Source: a virus. From it: a stretch of 64,000 bases of DNA. Positions 21,501-27,995 of the stretch are shown here, one piece after another; position 1 is the stretch's first letter; the number at the start of each line of letters is the position of its first letter. The DNA is taken from positions 96,001 through 160,000 of IMG/VR virus record IMGVR_UViG_3300029319_000003; one strand, given 5' to 3'. The notes under the pieces are model-generated. The model was given only the letters and a program-made list of their open reading frames with translations, was not told the origin of the DNA and ran no database searches. Both the position numbers and the translations under genes were made by a program.

Positions 21501-24026
21501 GCCATCAACAAAGTCTGTTAGATCGTTACCGGGCTCTGGATACATACGAACAGCAAAGTTCCACTTGCCGCCGTCATAGACGTTCGGATACACACTAGAC
21601 GTGACACTGACGCCGAGAGCAGGAGAGTAAATTTCGAAATAAACATCACTTCCTTCAGGCTCGGTTTTATGGGCGTAAACAAAAACATTTGCAGATGGAG
21701 AAGAACTCCACTTATACGAATCAGCATTCACGCACTCATGGAAGCCGAAAAGCGACACTCGCTCAAACCCGACCTCGCTGTATTGAGGGTGGTCCCTATC
21801 CATCTTCTTTGCAAAGATTGCCTCGGCTTCCAATGTGAATGGAACATAATTATGGTTTGGAGCAGTTACAGCAGGAATACAACTTCCTGACTGGTAAACT
21901 GTACCGTCGTAGCGATCAGCATGATTGAAGTCAATGTACTTCTTGCGAACAGTCGAGTAGCGGAATGCGTTTCCTAACTCATATGTCACATTATCCGCAT
22001 AAAGATTAATCTTAATTAACTCTTCGTCCACACCAAAGCAGCGCAAGAGATTGCGGAAAGAACGAACCGTTCCCTTTGTCTTGTAAATGTGGACCATGTT
22101 GTTGTAGATGTTATGATAAATTAAATTCTTAATCTCATACAACTTGCGGTCATAAACTCGCTCTTCATCTTTTCCAAGCAACTCTTCCATCGCGGTTGCT
22201 TCAGTAAATAAGTCGGGAACATCGATACCCACAGATCGAACCAAACGATTTGCAAACGCAAGGGGGTGCTGTGGAGTGAGGCTACCACCCGAGAAAGTTG
22301 GATTTGGATCATCATCGTCTTCGCCGTCGGCAAAGTCTGCATTGAGTTTGTCGATCTCTCCATAGCCAACATTTTTAAGTTTCGTAAGTTCTTCAATTTG
22401 GACGTGCAGGTTGTCAAAGTAACTTGCCATGATCTGCGTTAGATCAAGAAGCGTATGGCGTTCTTTTTCCTCATCCATCTCGGTAATCCAAGAAGGAATC
22501 GAGTTATAAATGCCAGCATTATTGTAATGATCGTATGACGTACCCGACAAAGACATTTCAGCATAAAGTGCTTCAACGCTTGGATGGTAAGCATACATCA
22601 CCGGATCTTTTGATTCTGAGTTTTCTACAATATCAGTTCGCGAGTCGAATGCGGATCCTGTGCTTCGCATCGTCGCTGCATAATTTGTAATAGAGCCGTT
22701 AGAGACTCGACCAGAATAATCCAGAACAACAGAGTCTGTTGAACTATACCCAGAGATACCTTCATTAAACTTATAGTATACGCCGAGGTTTGAATTATAC
22801 TCATCGGAGTCATTACCGCCGGCAATATTCGTGAACCAGTTGCGTCCGATCTGCTGGTGCGTCCTTGCAGATTTCCAGAATCGCACTTCATCAAGTTGTA
22901 CGGGTGCGGCACCAACCCCAGCCATAGTCGCGCCTGCGCCTCGGGATTGTGCATTTGGACCGGTAATAAAAGAACCAATGGTCGCTTGCAAATTCTTTTC
23001 AATATCAAGCGTTCGGTCATACGAAACAGACTGGGTTTGATAAAGTTGCCCATTGACAAAAAACTTAATCGCGTCTTTTGTAAAAGTAAATGCATAGTGA
23101 TTCCAGTCTTCGCTCTTCCATGACGAAACCGAACCCGAAAGACCAGTTGATGTAGTTAGATAATCACCAATACGAGTTGCGGTAGACAACTCCACTCCCT
23201 TAGTGCTCTCACCCCCCGAATAATAACCTGTGGCGAATTTCCAATCGTCTCCCGCTGCTTTATCGCGGCACATTCCAACAGTTAACCTTACAAGGTCTGC
23301 TCCTGCCGTTTCACCGTTCCATAAGTCAAAGAGCCCAATGTAGTGCTGGTTTGTAATAGCATCCAAGTCGCTTTTCTTAAACTTCGCCCAAAACTCAACA
23401 GTGTTTCCTGTTGCACGGAATGACAAGTTTGAAACAAGATCCACTGAGCCTGAATCAAACAAGTTGGCTGCGCCTGTATATCCCTTGATGGCATGAGCAG
23501 AAGTTGAAGGACTCTTTGCGGATTCTCGATCAACAAAGTTTGTGGGATACATCTGCTTCAAAGATGCCGCGTCTGGATCTGTGTTAGGACCACCTTTAGC
23601 AAGAACATACTGAGGCTGGCTGGTTAATACAATATCACCCGTCGCATGAGAGTAGGTGGTGTCTACTGTTAAACTACCAGAGTTAAAGTGAATATAGCCT
23701 GTTTCGCGAGGATACCTATTTTCTAGAATCCACTTATCAAGGCTGGATGCTGAAACATGCCAGAGGGTCTTTTCCGTTTGCGACCCGTCATATGGATACG
23801 TTTCATAAATAAATTTAATTGAGTCTTCGTAGTATTTCTTTGCAGACCCGTAGCGTGCAAAATGTGAAGCGCTGGAGTAGTCCACCCGTGGGGTGTACTG
23901 GGTTGCCTGCTGCACATGAGCATCAATATAATCTTTAGACTCTACATCAACGGACTCAACTTCTTCTTTGTTTTCGTTAACGAGAGATTTATTTGATCCG
24001 ACTCCGAATAAATCTTTAATGCCCAT
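9531..24026 (-). CDS. Giant multidomain virion protein (4831 aa) with LamG/ConA-like domains and repeated insertion modules
   Basis: 14.5 kb uninterrupted ORF; LamG motifs TVEFWAK..WNHYAFT..FFVNGQL..QLDEVRFW and TSFWVK..WTHIAVQY..VWVNG..GQMDEFVI; located in the baseplate block. Confidence 0.75.
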   Translation of the reverse strand: MGIKDLFGVGSNKSLVNENKEEVESVDVESKDYIDAHVQQATQYTPRVDYSSASHFARYGSAKKYYEDSIKFIYETYPYDGSQTEKTLWHVSASSLDKWILENRYPRETGYIHFNSGSLTVDTTYSHATGDIVLTSQPQYVLAKGGPNTDPDAASLKQMYPTNFVDRESAKSPSTSAHAIKGYTGAANLFDSGSVDLVSNLSFRATGNTVEFWAKFKKSDLDAITNQHYIGLFDLWNGETAGADLVRLTVGMCRDKAAGDDWKFATGYYSGGESTKGVELSTATRIGDYLTTSTGLSGSVSSWKSEDWNHYAFTFTKDAIKFFVNGQLYQTQSVSYDRTLDIEKNLQATIGSFITGPNAQSRGAGATMAGVGAAPVQLDEVRFWKSARTHQQIGRNWFTNIAGGNDSDEYNSNLGVYYKFNEGISGYSSTDSVVLDYSGRVSNGSITNYAATMRSTGSAFDSRTDIVENSESKDPVMYAYHPSVEALYAEMSLSGTSYDHYNNAGIYNSIPSWITEMDEEKERHTLLDLTQIMASYFDNLHVQIEELTKLKNVGYGEIDKLNADFADGEDDDDPNPTFSGGSLTPQHPLAFANRLVRSVGIDVPDLFTEATAMEELLGKDEERVYDRKLYEIKNLIYHNIYNNMVHIYKTKGTVRSFRNLLRCFGVDEELIKINLYADNVTYELGNAFRYSTVRKKYIDFNHADRYDGTVYQSGSCIPAVTAPNHNYVPFTLEAEAIFAKKMDRDHPQYSEVGFERVSLFGFHECVNADSYKWSSSPSANVFVYAHKTEPEGSDVYFEIYSPALGVSVTSSVYPNVYDGGKWNFAVRMYPEPGNDLTDFVDGSTLGTTGYIIELYGVNMLLDVVENEFTISAPVTQTPAQAFLHANKRVYMGALYKDSNVKIIDSCDVKMSGVRYWLDYIDNDTIKAHARDASNAGRMNPMKPAYFAQSSLSPSGKGIHVPQKDTLALHWDFSNVTGSSPDDGSGILSDSTFYVYDLTSGSSDYSDYGWISTVVDVDYPGVGDKWYPDSKQVVDTNYVLSAYQQLPENLQSADTVKILTGQSDDLNYTKESEPINHFFAVEKSMYATISEEILNVFATIKDFNNLIGDPVNRYRMDYKMLGKLRQSFFDTIGNTPKVDRYVEFYKWLDASLGYMIQELIPASANFSEGMRTMVEPHVLERNKYWTKYPTLEMKQEPPQATARGVHELGYDWKHGHATLPTAAATAVLVVGSYANNGETITLIDTDGDSVTFEITGGVTTADGTKNASGNVIIGQSGVSSFSDFATRIRAVINAQTDAAITASGTSTSITLTQDLMGVNGNTAIVNNLSGFSIPYGFGNGAGDGEESQNSLWWAEQAARDMRQLSAETQATATISFASYCNDGETLVLTDGSGKSTTFQVTGGVTTADGTKNGLGYIIVGQSGLASLEAFADRWIAVINAQKDVSITASDPGGTGDVLLTQDSGGAHGNTAITHNLSAATISAAFAGGLGSDAVRTTVQSVKIKDIDGYWGNKNPRLYKGRTNTVYQGSTYAIQRLGRPYRFAVQAPQTIHGGTNFPVNKRNSNDFIRGLPAGIQTGSLDFYDELNAEALSTDNLASRFPLDKKPKDDAMTVVDNAVAGHTGAGGQFKSSFQSPWSIYEDVNTGTEYKANIHDDSYGPQKETAMQGPFTHAHVGGNQHRHVDVKLSTEAKASTSFEFHPTNYASANNGTITLISTDGTSVTYKVINTGAGDATASDQEFDAAGSATTTATNFITLVNSSNGHAGKIVATSAGGVVTLTQNVAGAAGNRDVVTAAGFMTNCVKNTMHAASGLAAGAIEPFTIGQRATDRPELWRFTGLGSSIAHPQAFMDAAVAYGVFYPAANRLRDETAKRPVNLRNIKSTTGSVNLGNYARDYEILQTFGRGEQNRWLVKSGSLHEKLVPVTVSPAVSGVFDYTLPVRGRSEHVITSRFSAPGAPDTLGLGSTDLESGELSPYNNLNYRNLDVRNHLKMWQAEHTLIGGGREEWFAGGYPGGMLAETSGAGNWHKVNRNAAHTVDAHGYLSNFNQTLYKPSGSTQYDNWYVQHQIPRSDYQYSWVHNSYKEDLVTGAATVVIVVNSGGKTGGTYTSNMNGKSLTLETPHDTIPAMVEGGGIWSKGANGVEGATSLVAAINNKDTGSRAGHFYTASLFDVDPSGVSASILIKPIWAANHGTGKISDTELDEVTFTDTHSTIKTTKYSVAGSGTARKFDGSQAHLRRGYVTRFDNLSIGMSRTHNYGSPEYNHQLQFPTASDIGVVTSGAGDFASIPIPHGYFFAKQGYGKSHGADKDTVVNPYIPVDFVNLNTIIYEPINTASNTVGYTSSKFDWKTTSTPSTTDVYGNWNYINQQFVTGLPSVDGERAMVAHDGYALGMAASTNALINHRHGPWGWGSWKQVRSGQNPVWRAHRKSNTISVMDRPVIRNFTSSAGREVVFRDSRSDTFVNYIEPSVAWNLPMTHRLNMDGSDLGSRLKHPYSNNLECYANPHLTNRIGKVKCSTDQMYDQLYSLYAGDSVDSQIDFVSLKYSEYIYPKHRHVTLNKVRSRTEYAEVAGTGSNGYDRNSGIIRSFWRDISCSNEVSTSVTGNHFGEQLKDGIRIRSTGSVNAVYGKQATARYNLQWNWMAIKAGWAGMGSNRASYESWEDVVADMASSYNGCFENAQHVNDNASKIQRSNHYRYQFDSIWCMDDFDNGITYAAQVLSEINNTETTDDQQTFPLVYRKEYKGDLAYMGLERMMRMVRPTSSFIEAVSSFSTAKSRLMNGSTQVVWTKPAPRAQLQYIHQCQSDVAEEAGLPWHTPKVSGAIGRYPWYNDYEDYDADIRSATKKYTVVPEFNISSHMSHYVTINGGDFRVDNKDFLELPGGGITGSGKSEAKLTTTYSHDEGTTFETSYTGEPNKAIVNGGFVAAKTNHGIITLARNSYLNDEFLNTVTSSLQTSVDSSPNAALAFNVDDSGEMHTSTYASASALGTTAAADFVAEIHDTNDRLWAHLDSTVDLSTTGGNYFTEYTLGGTGVNTSSDTYSMVTKGFVDAPWGQLTKAAGGPGPTDATTTALGKTARQGTPFFTSFWVKLPENVDDEDMQNRYVGSYGYAGFSGSYSDDEMPNATSVISPMSDEESFGGASSLYEQEGNRHQDKIEGDSYDPVNATIANYWQGMWLRRSSEHCAGGTGKVPEFVGGTEVQTRKQLHWFDTRCNNADVGNYHLTAADGATHDINPQGQVDSFFESLGTLTGDSNQPGEDQKNIVRFWNDPELNNPTVIEPGIWTHIAVQYIPPVAIDKGGAGSNLKYAGTDGDLALENAGNSCIRVWVNGSPVYGMLQRANLGLWDNVGTHNVGTAYYSFKGGSNAAGLSDNNGLDHTKLGVATWNDVDGLAQPHAYDSDSTYLPAVNNKTDDEPHVNTGTEDDVPVSFYESKASGYANISAFPDAATPLRNSSFAKANTTTSPEWTYISDVKIGTSYLTKKPGAGAPFYGQMDEFVIARGMLSSTDVTRVYNHGKPVNVNALFYDAELAANEYGETSGVRAAIKGTTCHPFVITNPHVVNKTEVYKRNSSYESTVSSSGTCTSWNANELIMNAEDEADDWDRYGHTPNLVAWYRMGVPPTSKQVGSSLEFNDKFFDTYAHTDTIVHMDKIAQDHQNLNGASSPRFTLKVNAVKKLLPYNGFYPNQRSVQIGKLFADAMFDNITAADGLETDQIRQACLQPFMAPGILYNTVKAGIAVDWPLFTGTDNLALNPMEALMDEYTKPNFYGEVQRNVVEDTSNNDENRQFLERQTDNSLKDVYDEVFMYQGRKKMQGFKLVRLNTAAKNDTRQAQPMAIRRTDPNPPFSDDSQDGKIWLSQSCGYLIDRTPDMRLPFEALVDLSLLPRKDSSTQWSSARIYMTAPTYYRGDELGYPHLPSYLWNTNTDMKLASGTPWVYPYFEWNGEKDNLYELAMHNFLAETPKFFLKNKGMVTFASQPENRFKSMVSGTVYYMDVNLHKSENFDMMVSPYGSEESGRTAGREELRQDEELAVSVPRSTKGRYFGPPFRYKTNGEVITIDPSEFYDDPDMHRMYEVLTGGGEDSVQDDHAAGMLVTSSALYEGDNDLAKIQDPAQAPYTPPYFYGRATARLSFVATETKKYTLDEILAGVEIEDLNPEAAELFRSVNVNSDGVGDIVSEAKLYVQQGVPRAMPFIRSKYGENGEGLMYAIGDILSAGGTNGNVFNYYKKSPAWQARMPMSSSINMLGKTRLREVTYDVVQTPNRENLSDVTQTEFLPQTAQDSNSSTFDTWVIQPRFECPILDFNNEDNTNFVTKATGSVRNAIPAFGSENEINTSGKAGAGIGMWTGYGEKPTSKDGVFMSLAESYELKDRQSLQDGRRQVTLVIPESGSYYSNNAYLGGAGVDQGYFVIYGKSNNPYYVWFDDGTSNSNDPNPTGMTGIRIRTISTQTTEQVAAQMFTTISGYDDFDATLSSLDIDGPVYDAGNLNAVVIYGPREEVYRAYDYAPLGQYFASSTWFTQELPSDSIAYLSTVQVGSRPVGSLIDVCGFTPGFSRIGEVADEKDISEAIVMIPFVDEPSNYGAKTVTVAGRNFFKISKKLFNLTKTNVEAGKPAIPQGEYGSEEDVWDTSVSDMIKRMKVYNIPPQYDFVRFPLKSGEFPFVMYVFEFNHTFDNKDLSDIWQGLTPKIGTRAERDEAVISHEMNKIEFYEGKNLPPNVRWLTFKVKKRAEQNYYSITADSADDHRFKFDFAVGKKAPEYSYNWPYDFCSLVEKVNVEGVIEFMPPAEDVSVDPTLRRIDDPESALVAAQTSTSVVARTSAPTATVSTSRPGKIFGDDS

Positions 24027-24030
24027 ACGA

Positions 24031-25767
24031 CTAAACTACCTTAAACTTGAAAACTTCTGGCTGTTCTCGATACTCTCCATTTAAATAGAACATAAATTTA
24101 ATTCCATATGAATATCCAGCCTCTAAAAGCGACATGTCAAAATCAAAATAGTTTCCGTCCTTGTCATAAGATAGTTTAGTGTGGCTAGTACTGCCAGTGC
24201 CGTAATCAAGCACAGTAAATTCGTCACTCAACCTTTCTATCTTATAATAAGCATTTGGAAGTATATTGTTCTCCACAGCCTTGCTTGCTACAGTATAAAT
24301 AGTTGGCGACCAATCTTTTAATCGCGTATATAAGCGGAATCGGGCATCTTCGTTCCGTGTGTATTTTTGTTTTAAATTTGTAAGCGAAATAACATAGTTC
24401 GGGGCTACCGAAGTATCCGGTGCCGAGTGGGTGTTGACACTGATCGATTCTGTGTGGAATGTCGCTCCACCAACCTCATGCCACTTGACATAAGCAGTGG
24501 TAGCGGCATTATCCCAAATCAGGCTCGCTTTATAAATTCCAGTCTCAGGGTTGGTTGCTGTTTGTGCATCAACCTGAGTGCTAAGACCAGAGTCGGAATA
24601 CACTCGGCAAGTCACAGTGGGGTTGCCGGGAATATTGATTAGTGTACCGTCCTGATAGTTGTATAGAAAAAGAGTGTTAGCATTATCACTACGAAGGCTG
24701 CTTGATGCATAGAAATTCGAACGATCATCCGCTTTCGATGAATCCCATCTTGCTTCGATACAGGGGCGCTTAAACCAATACTCAGAACCACGTCCAGAAA
24801 ATTTCTTGGTGTAAAATGACCGTGGCTCTTCTTCGTGACTTTGTGACAGTTTAATCAGGAAGCCATAATCAGCAGCGCCGCCTATCCAATCGGAAACTTT
24901 GGAAGTAACGTCAACAAGTAAGTCTTCTGTGCCTTCTGTAAAAGTAAATGTTCCAATCTTAGAACCACCCACATGACCGCCGGCGGTCGTCCATGCTGTG
25001 TAGTCATTTGATCCTGTCAAAGTGTTTCCTGATTTAATCACCACGCCAGTGTCATCGGAGCCTGACCCGCTGACTGTGATCGTAATGTCATCACCAGAGG
25101 CTGCGGAGGCGGTCAGCGACACAACCTTGCCACTGACGGCGACATTAACAAGACTGGTAATATCACTATTTGCTTCCAGTGCAGAACTCAAAGCAGTTGC
25201 CGTGGCATCGGCGTTCGCTCCAACATTTGCTTGAACAAAGTAACCGCCAACTCCGACATGAATCGTTGCGGGCGTAGATGTATCCGTAGGGTTAGTACTA
25301 ACCGTAATACTACCGCTGGCATATTGAGATGGAGTGCTTGTGCGATTGATCCATGAGGCTGCGCCAATGTCGCCATACTCCTCCATATCAAGACCCGTGC
25401 CCTCTTCCCAAGCCTGACCAAGCGCCCACACATCCATAGTGTAATTTGTTGGCAGCGTGCCTCCATGAGTTACGTTAAAAAGTCGCAAATAATATTTTGC
25501 ATCGGCTGGAACAGTTCCTGCTGATCTATCGCTTACAATAAGCGATGAAGTGAACTGCACAAGAGTTCTTGCATATTCACGTTCAGCCTTAACAGCCTTG
25601 CCGCCGCCGCCAAAATCTGTGACCGTGGATGCTTGATCATAAATTGAAAAGACTTCTAAAGCATCGGAGGCTCCCATGTTGGAGCCCGTGCCGCGAAGCG
25701 TAAGACCGCTCTTATATGCATTTGTAATTGTCGTATCAGCAGTTGCTGCGTATCTTTTAATAGCCAC
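24031..25767 (-). CDS. DNRLRE/disaggregatase-like domain virion protein (578 aa)
   Basis: ADTTITNAY..NMGASDALEV..RTLVQF..YYLRLF..VWALGQAWEEGTG..SW pattern of DNRLRE-type domains, interrupted by a sheath-insert-like module. Confidence 0.55.
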   Translation of the reverse strand: MAIKRYAATADTTITNAYKSGLTLRGTGSNMGASDALEVFSIYDQASTVTDFGGGGKAVKAEREYARTLVQFTSSLIVSDRSAGTVPADAKYYLRLFNVTHGGTLPTNYTMDVWALGQAWEEGTGLDMEEYGDIGAASWINRTSTPSQYASGSITVSTNPTDTSTPATIHVGVGGYFVQANVGANADATATALSSALEANSDITSLVNVAVSGKVVSLTASAASGDDITITVSGSGSDDTGVVIKSGNTLTGSNDYTAWTTAGGHVGGSKIGTFTFTEGTEDLLVDVTSKVSDWIGGAADYGFLIKLSQSHEEEPRSFYTKKFSGRGSEYWFKRPCIEARWDSSKADDRSNFYASSSLRSDNANTLFLYNYQDGTLINIPGNPTVTCRVYSDSGLSTQVDAQTATNPETGIYKASLIWDNAATTAYVKWHEVGGATFHTESISVNTHSAPDTSVAPNYVISLTNLKQKYTRNEDARFRLYTRLKDWSPTIYTVASKAVENNILPNAYYKIERLSDEFTVLDYGTGSTSHTKLSYDKDGNYFDFDMSLLEAGYSYGIKFMFYLNGEYREQPEVFKFKVV

Positions 25768-27566
25768 TACGTTACCACTCCCTTGAAGTCTACTGATGGG
25801 AATTTAATTTCAAAAACAACATTTTGTGGAATCATAATATAGCGCCCATCAGCAGAGGTCTGATCATTAATATCAAATCTAATATCAGAATATGAGCCAC
25901 CGTACTTCTGAACAATCTTAACATCTGATACATCTACTACAGCATCCAAACGGTTTAATGCGGCAAACACCTCAGTAATAAACAATGGCTCACCGAAGTC
26001 GCGCTTCCTAGAAAAAAGAAGACTAAGTGCTCTTATACATGCAGTTTGCACATCATATTTTGCAACATCTATGCGCCCAACTACTTTGAAATTGACACCA
26101 AAGTTAACGATCTTTCCATCGATAATATCAACGGTATCGTTGACCATCTTGTTTTCATTCAGCCACACTTTTAAATTCTCTTTAATGGTAGCGTTGGTGG
26201 GAATAAGTTGACCAGCGGCACCCTCTGAAATCACATAAATATTTAGATTTCTTTTTAGCGAATCATGATCACGCACCACCTTGCATCTTTTAATTGCACC
26301 AAACTCTGGTGGCATATTATACACCATCGACTCGTAATCCTTTTGAGTGACGGCGCGGTTTTGGGTGGCAAACACATCCTTGATTCTCATTTTAAGTTCT
26401 GTACTAGAGGGCACCGAAACATCTCCAACAATTGGTGCCTCATTGTCAACTTCTAAAGTTTTACGAACGGCTCTGATTTGGTTTTGGTCCAGCGATGCAG
26501 CGTCTCGGAAATAAAATCTAGAGTTAGCAACTCTTGTCAGAGTATTTGTACCTGTGTTAACCATGTCGGCAGAATTCTTTCTATATGTCACGGTCAGCAC
26601 AGTATTTGATGGCGCAATACCAAACTTGTCGCTCTCAATCAACCTCGTTGGATCAAAGGAGGTATCACTAATATAATCCTTGCCGTATCGCTCTAAAACA
26701 ACACTAGCAGGATCAGCAATATAATCTTCTGATACTTTAACATCTGAACTGGCTCCAAAAGTAATAAGTGTCTGCCTTCTTTGTTTTTCAACAATAAATC
26801 GACGTGGCACATGGAACGGCTTAAGCAGTGCAGGGGCGTAATCACGATCCTCGTTGGGGTTAGTGATTGGTCGGTAAATAACGTCCTGAGACAAATAGGG
26901 CACTTCGAAGTATTCGTGACCCTCGTTGTCGATAACAGAAATAATTTCTGCCACATCCATAACTCCAAGATTAATTTGTCTAAACTTTTTATAATCTCTG
27001 ATGGTAATTCTTTTCTGACGAACCTCTCCCGATACCACCGTTCCATACGCCTTGACGGCAAAAGCAGTTGGAGTACCGGTGCCCGAATCGACACGCCCGA
27101 CTCGCACTTCGTTGTTTGGCTGATCAAAGTGTACATCTTCTGTCAAGGTAAAAGTCAAACCGCCACTTGTTCTAAATGTACTGCCCCTTTGAAGCACTGG
27201 CATATATCTCATATCAGGAGCCACGCCTGTGGTCTGAGCGGGAATCAAAATATAAAAGGTGGCTGTCCCGTATGATGATGGGACACCTCGGAACCGGTAG
27301 CCGGCTTGGCGTCCGAGTTTTAAAACATTATTGTATTCAACGGCAGTGTCAAGAAAAGTTTCATTTGCTTGATAGTCAACATAAAACGATAAAACGTCGC
27401 CAACATAAGCAACTGTATCTAGCATCAATGAGCCAAAACTTGCCTCGTTAAAGTCCTTATAGGAATCTGGATAATATCTCTTCGCATATTGAACCAGTTC
27501 GCTCTTGATAGATTCAAAATCCCGTGCGGTATATTTAATTGGGACTGTTTTCTTGTCTGTTGCCAT
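25767..27566 (-). CDS. Baseplate wedge protein, T4 gp6 / baseplate J-like (599 aa)
   Basis: IKYTARDFESIKSELVQY..DFNEASFGSLMLDTVAYVGDVLSFYVDYQANETFLDTA and RAVTQKDY motifs. Confidence 0.85.
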   Translation of the reverse strand: MATDKKTVPIKYTARDFESIKSELVQYAKRYYPDSYKDFNEASFGSLMLDTVAYVGDVLSFYVDYQANETFLDTAVEYNNVLKLGRQAGYRFRGVPSSYGTATFYILIPAQTTGVAPDMRYMPVLQRGSTFRTSGGLTFTLTEDVHFDQPNNEVRVGRVDSGTGTPTAFAVKAYGTVVSGEVRQKRITIRDYKKFRQINLGVMDVAEIISVIDNEGHEYFEVPYLSQDVIYRPITNPNEDRDYAPALLKPFHVPRRFIVEKQRRQTLITFGASSDVKVSEDYIADPASVVLERYGKDYISDTSFDPTRLIESDKFGIAPSNTVLTVTYRKNSADMVNTGTNTLTRVANSRFYFRDAASLDQNQIRAVRKTLEVDNEAPIVGDVSVPSSTELKMRIKDVFATQNRAVTQKDYESMVYNMPPEFGAIKRCKVVRDHDSLKRNLNIYVISEGAAGQLIPTNATIKENLKVWLNENKMVNDTVDIIDGKIVNFGVNFKVVGRIDVAKYDVQTACIRALSLLFSRKRDFGEPLFITEVFAALNRLDAVVDVSDVKIVQKYGGSYSDIRFDINDQTSADGRYIMIPQNVVFEIKFPSVDFKGVVT

Positions 27567-27585
27567 TAGTGCTCGCCTCCAACCA

Positions 27586-27594
27586 ATAATTAGT
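27586..27594 (-). promoter_or_regulatory. Putative late-promoter motif ACTAATTAT
   Basis: 20 nt upstream of the gp6-like ATG, followed by SD GGAGG. Confidence 0.55.
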
Positions 27595-27991
27595 CATTCG
27601 AAACAGATACTGCCAAAGTATCCTTATATGATATTGGCGTAATTGTGTATACTATTTTAACCTTTAAAAAGTTTGGAGCCAGACCAGCATCATATCCTTC
27701 TGTTTCAGAACTTTCAAATCCAATATCATGTAGTTCGACAAATGGCATGTATTTCTTCATTTGCCTTTTAATCGTCGCAGCAATTGTCCCGTATGTTGAT
27801 TGAATATTTGGCTCAAATAGAAACCGTCGCATACCCACACCGAATAGCGGATCCATGATCCGTTCGCCGGGATTCGTAAGAAGAATCATTTTCATGTTTT
27901 GCAAAACCATTTCAGGATATGTCTTGTTTAAAGCATGTCCATCTTGCTCATCTGTTGTGAACGGTAGTTTTGGGGATAGTCCTTTTGCCAT
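27590..27991 (-). CDS. Baseplate wedge subunit, gp25/GPW-like
   Basis: QNMKMILLTNPGERIMDPLFGVGMRRFLFEP motif; start placed at MAKGLS (27991), which removes the overlap with the upstream gene. Confidence 0.9.
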   Translation of the reverse strand: MAKGLSPKLPFTTDEQDGHALNKTYPEMVLQNMKMILLTNPGERIMDPLFGVGMRRFLFEPNIQSTYGTIAATIKRQMKKYMPFVELHDIGFESSETEGYDAGLAPNFLKVKIVYTITPISYKDTLAVSVSND

Positions 27992-27995
27992 ATCA

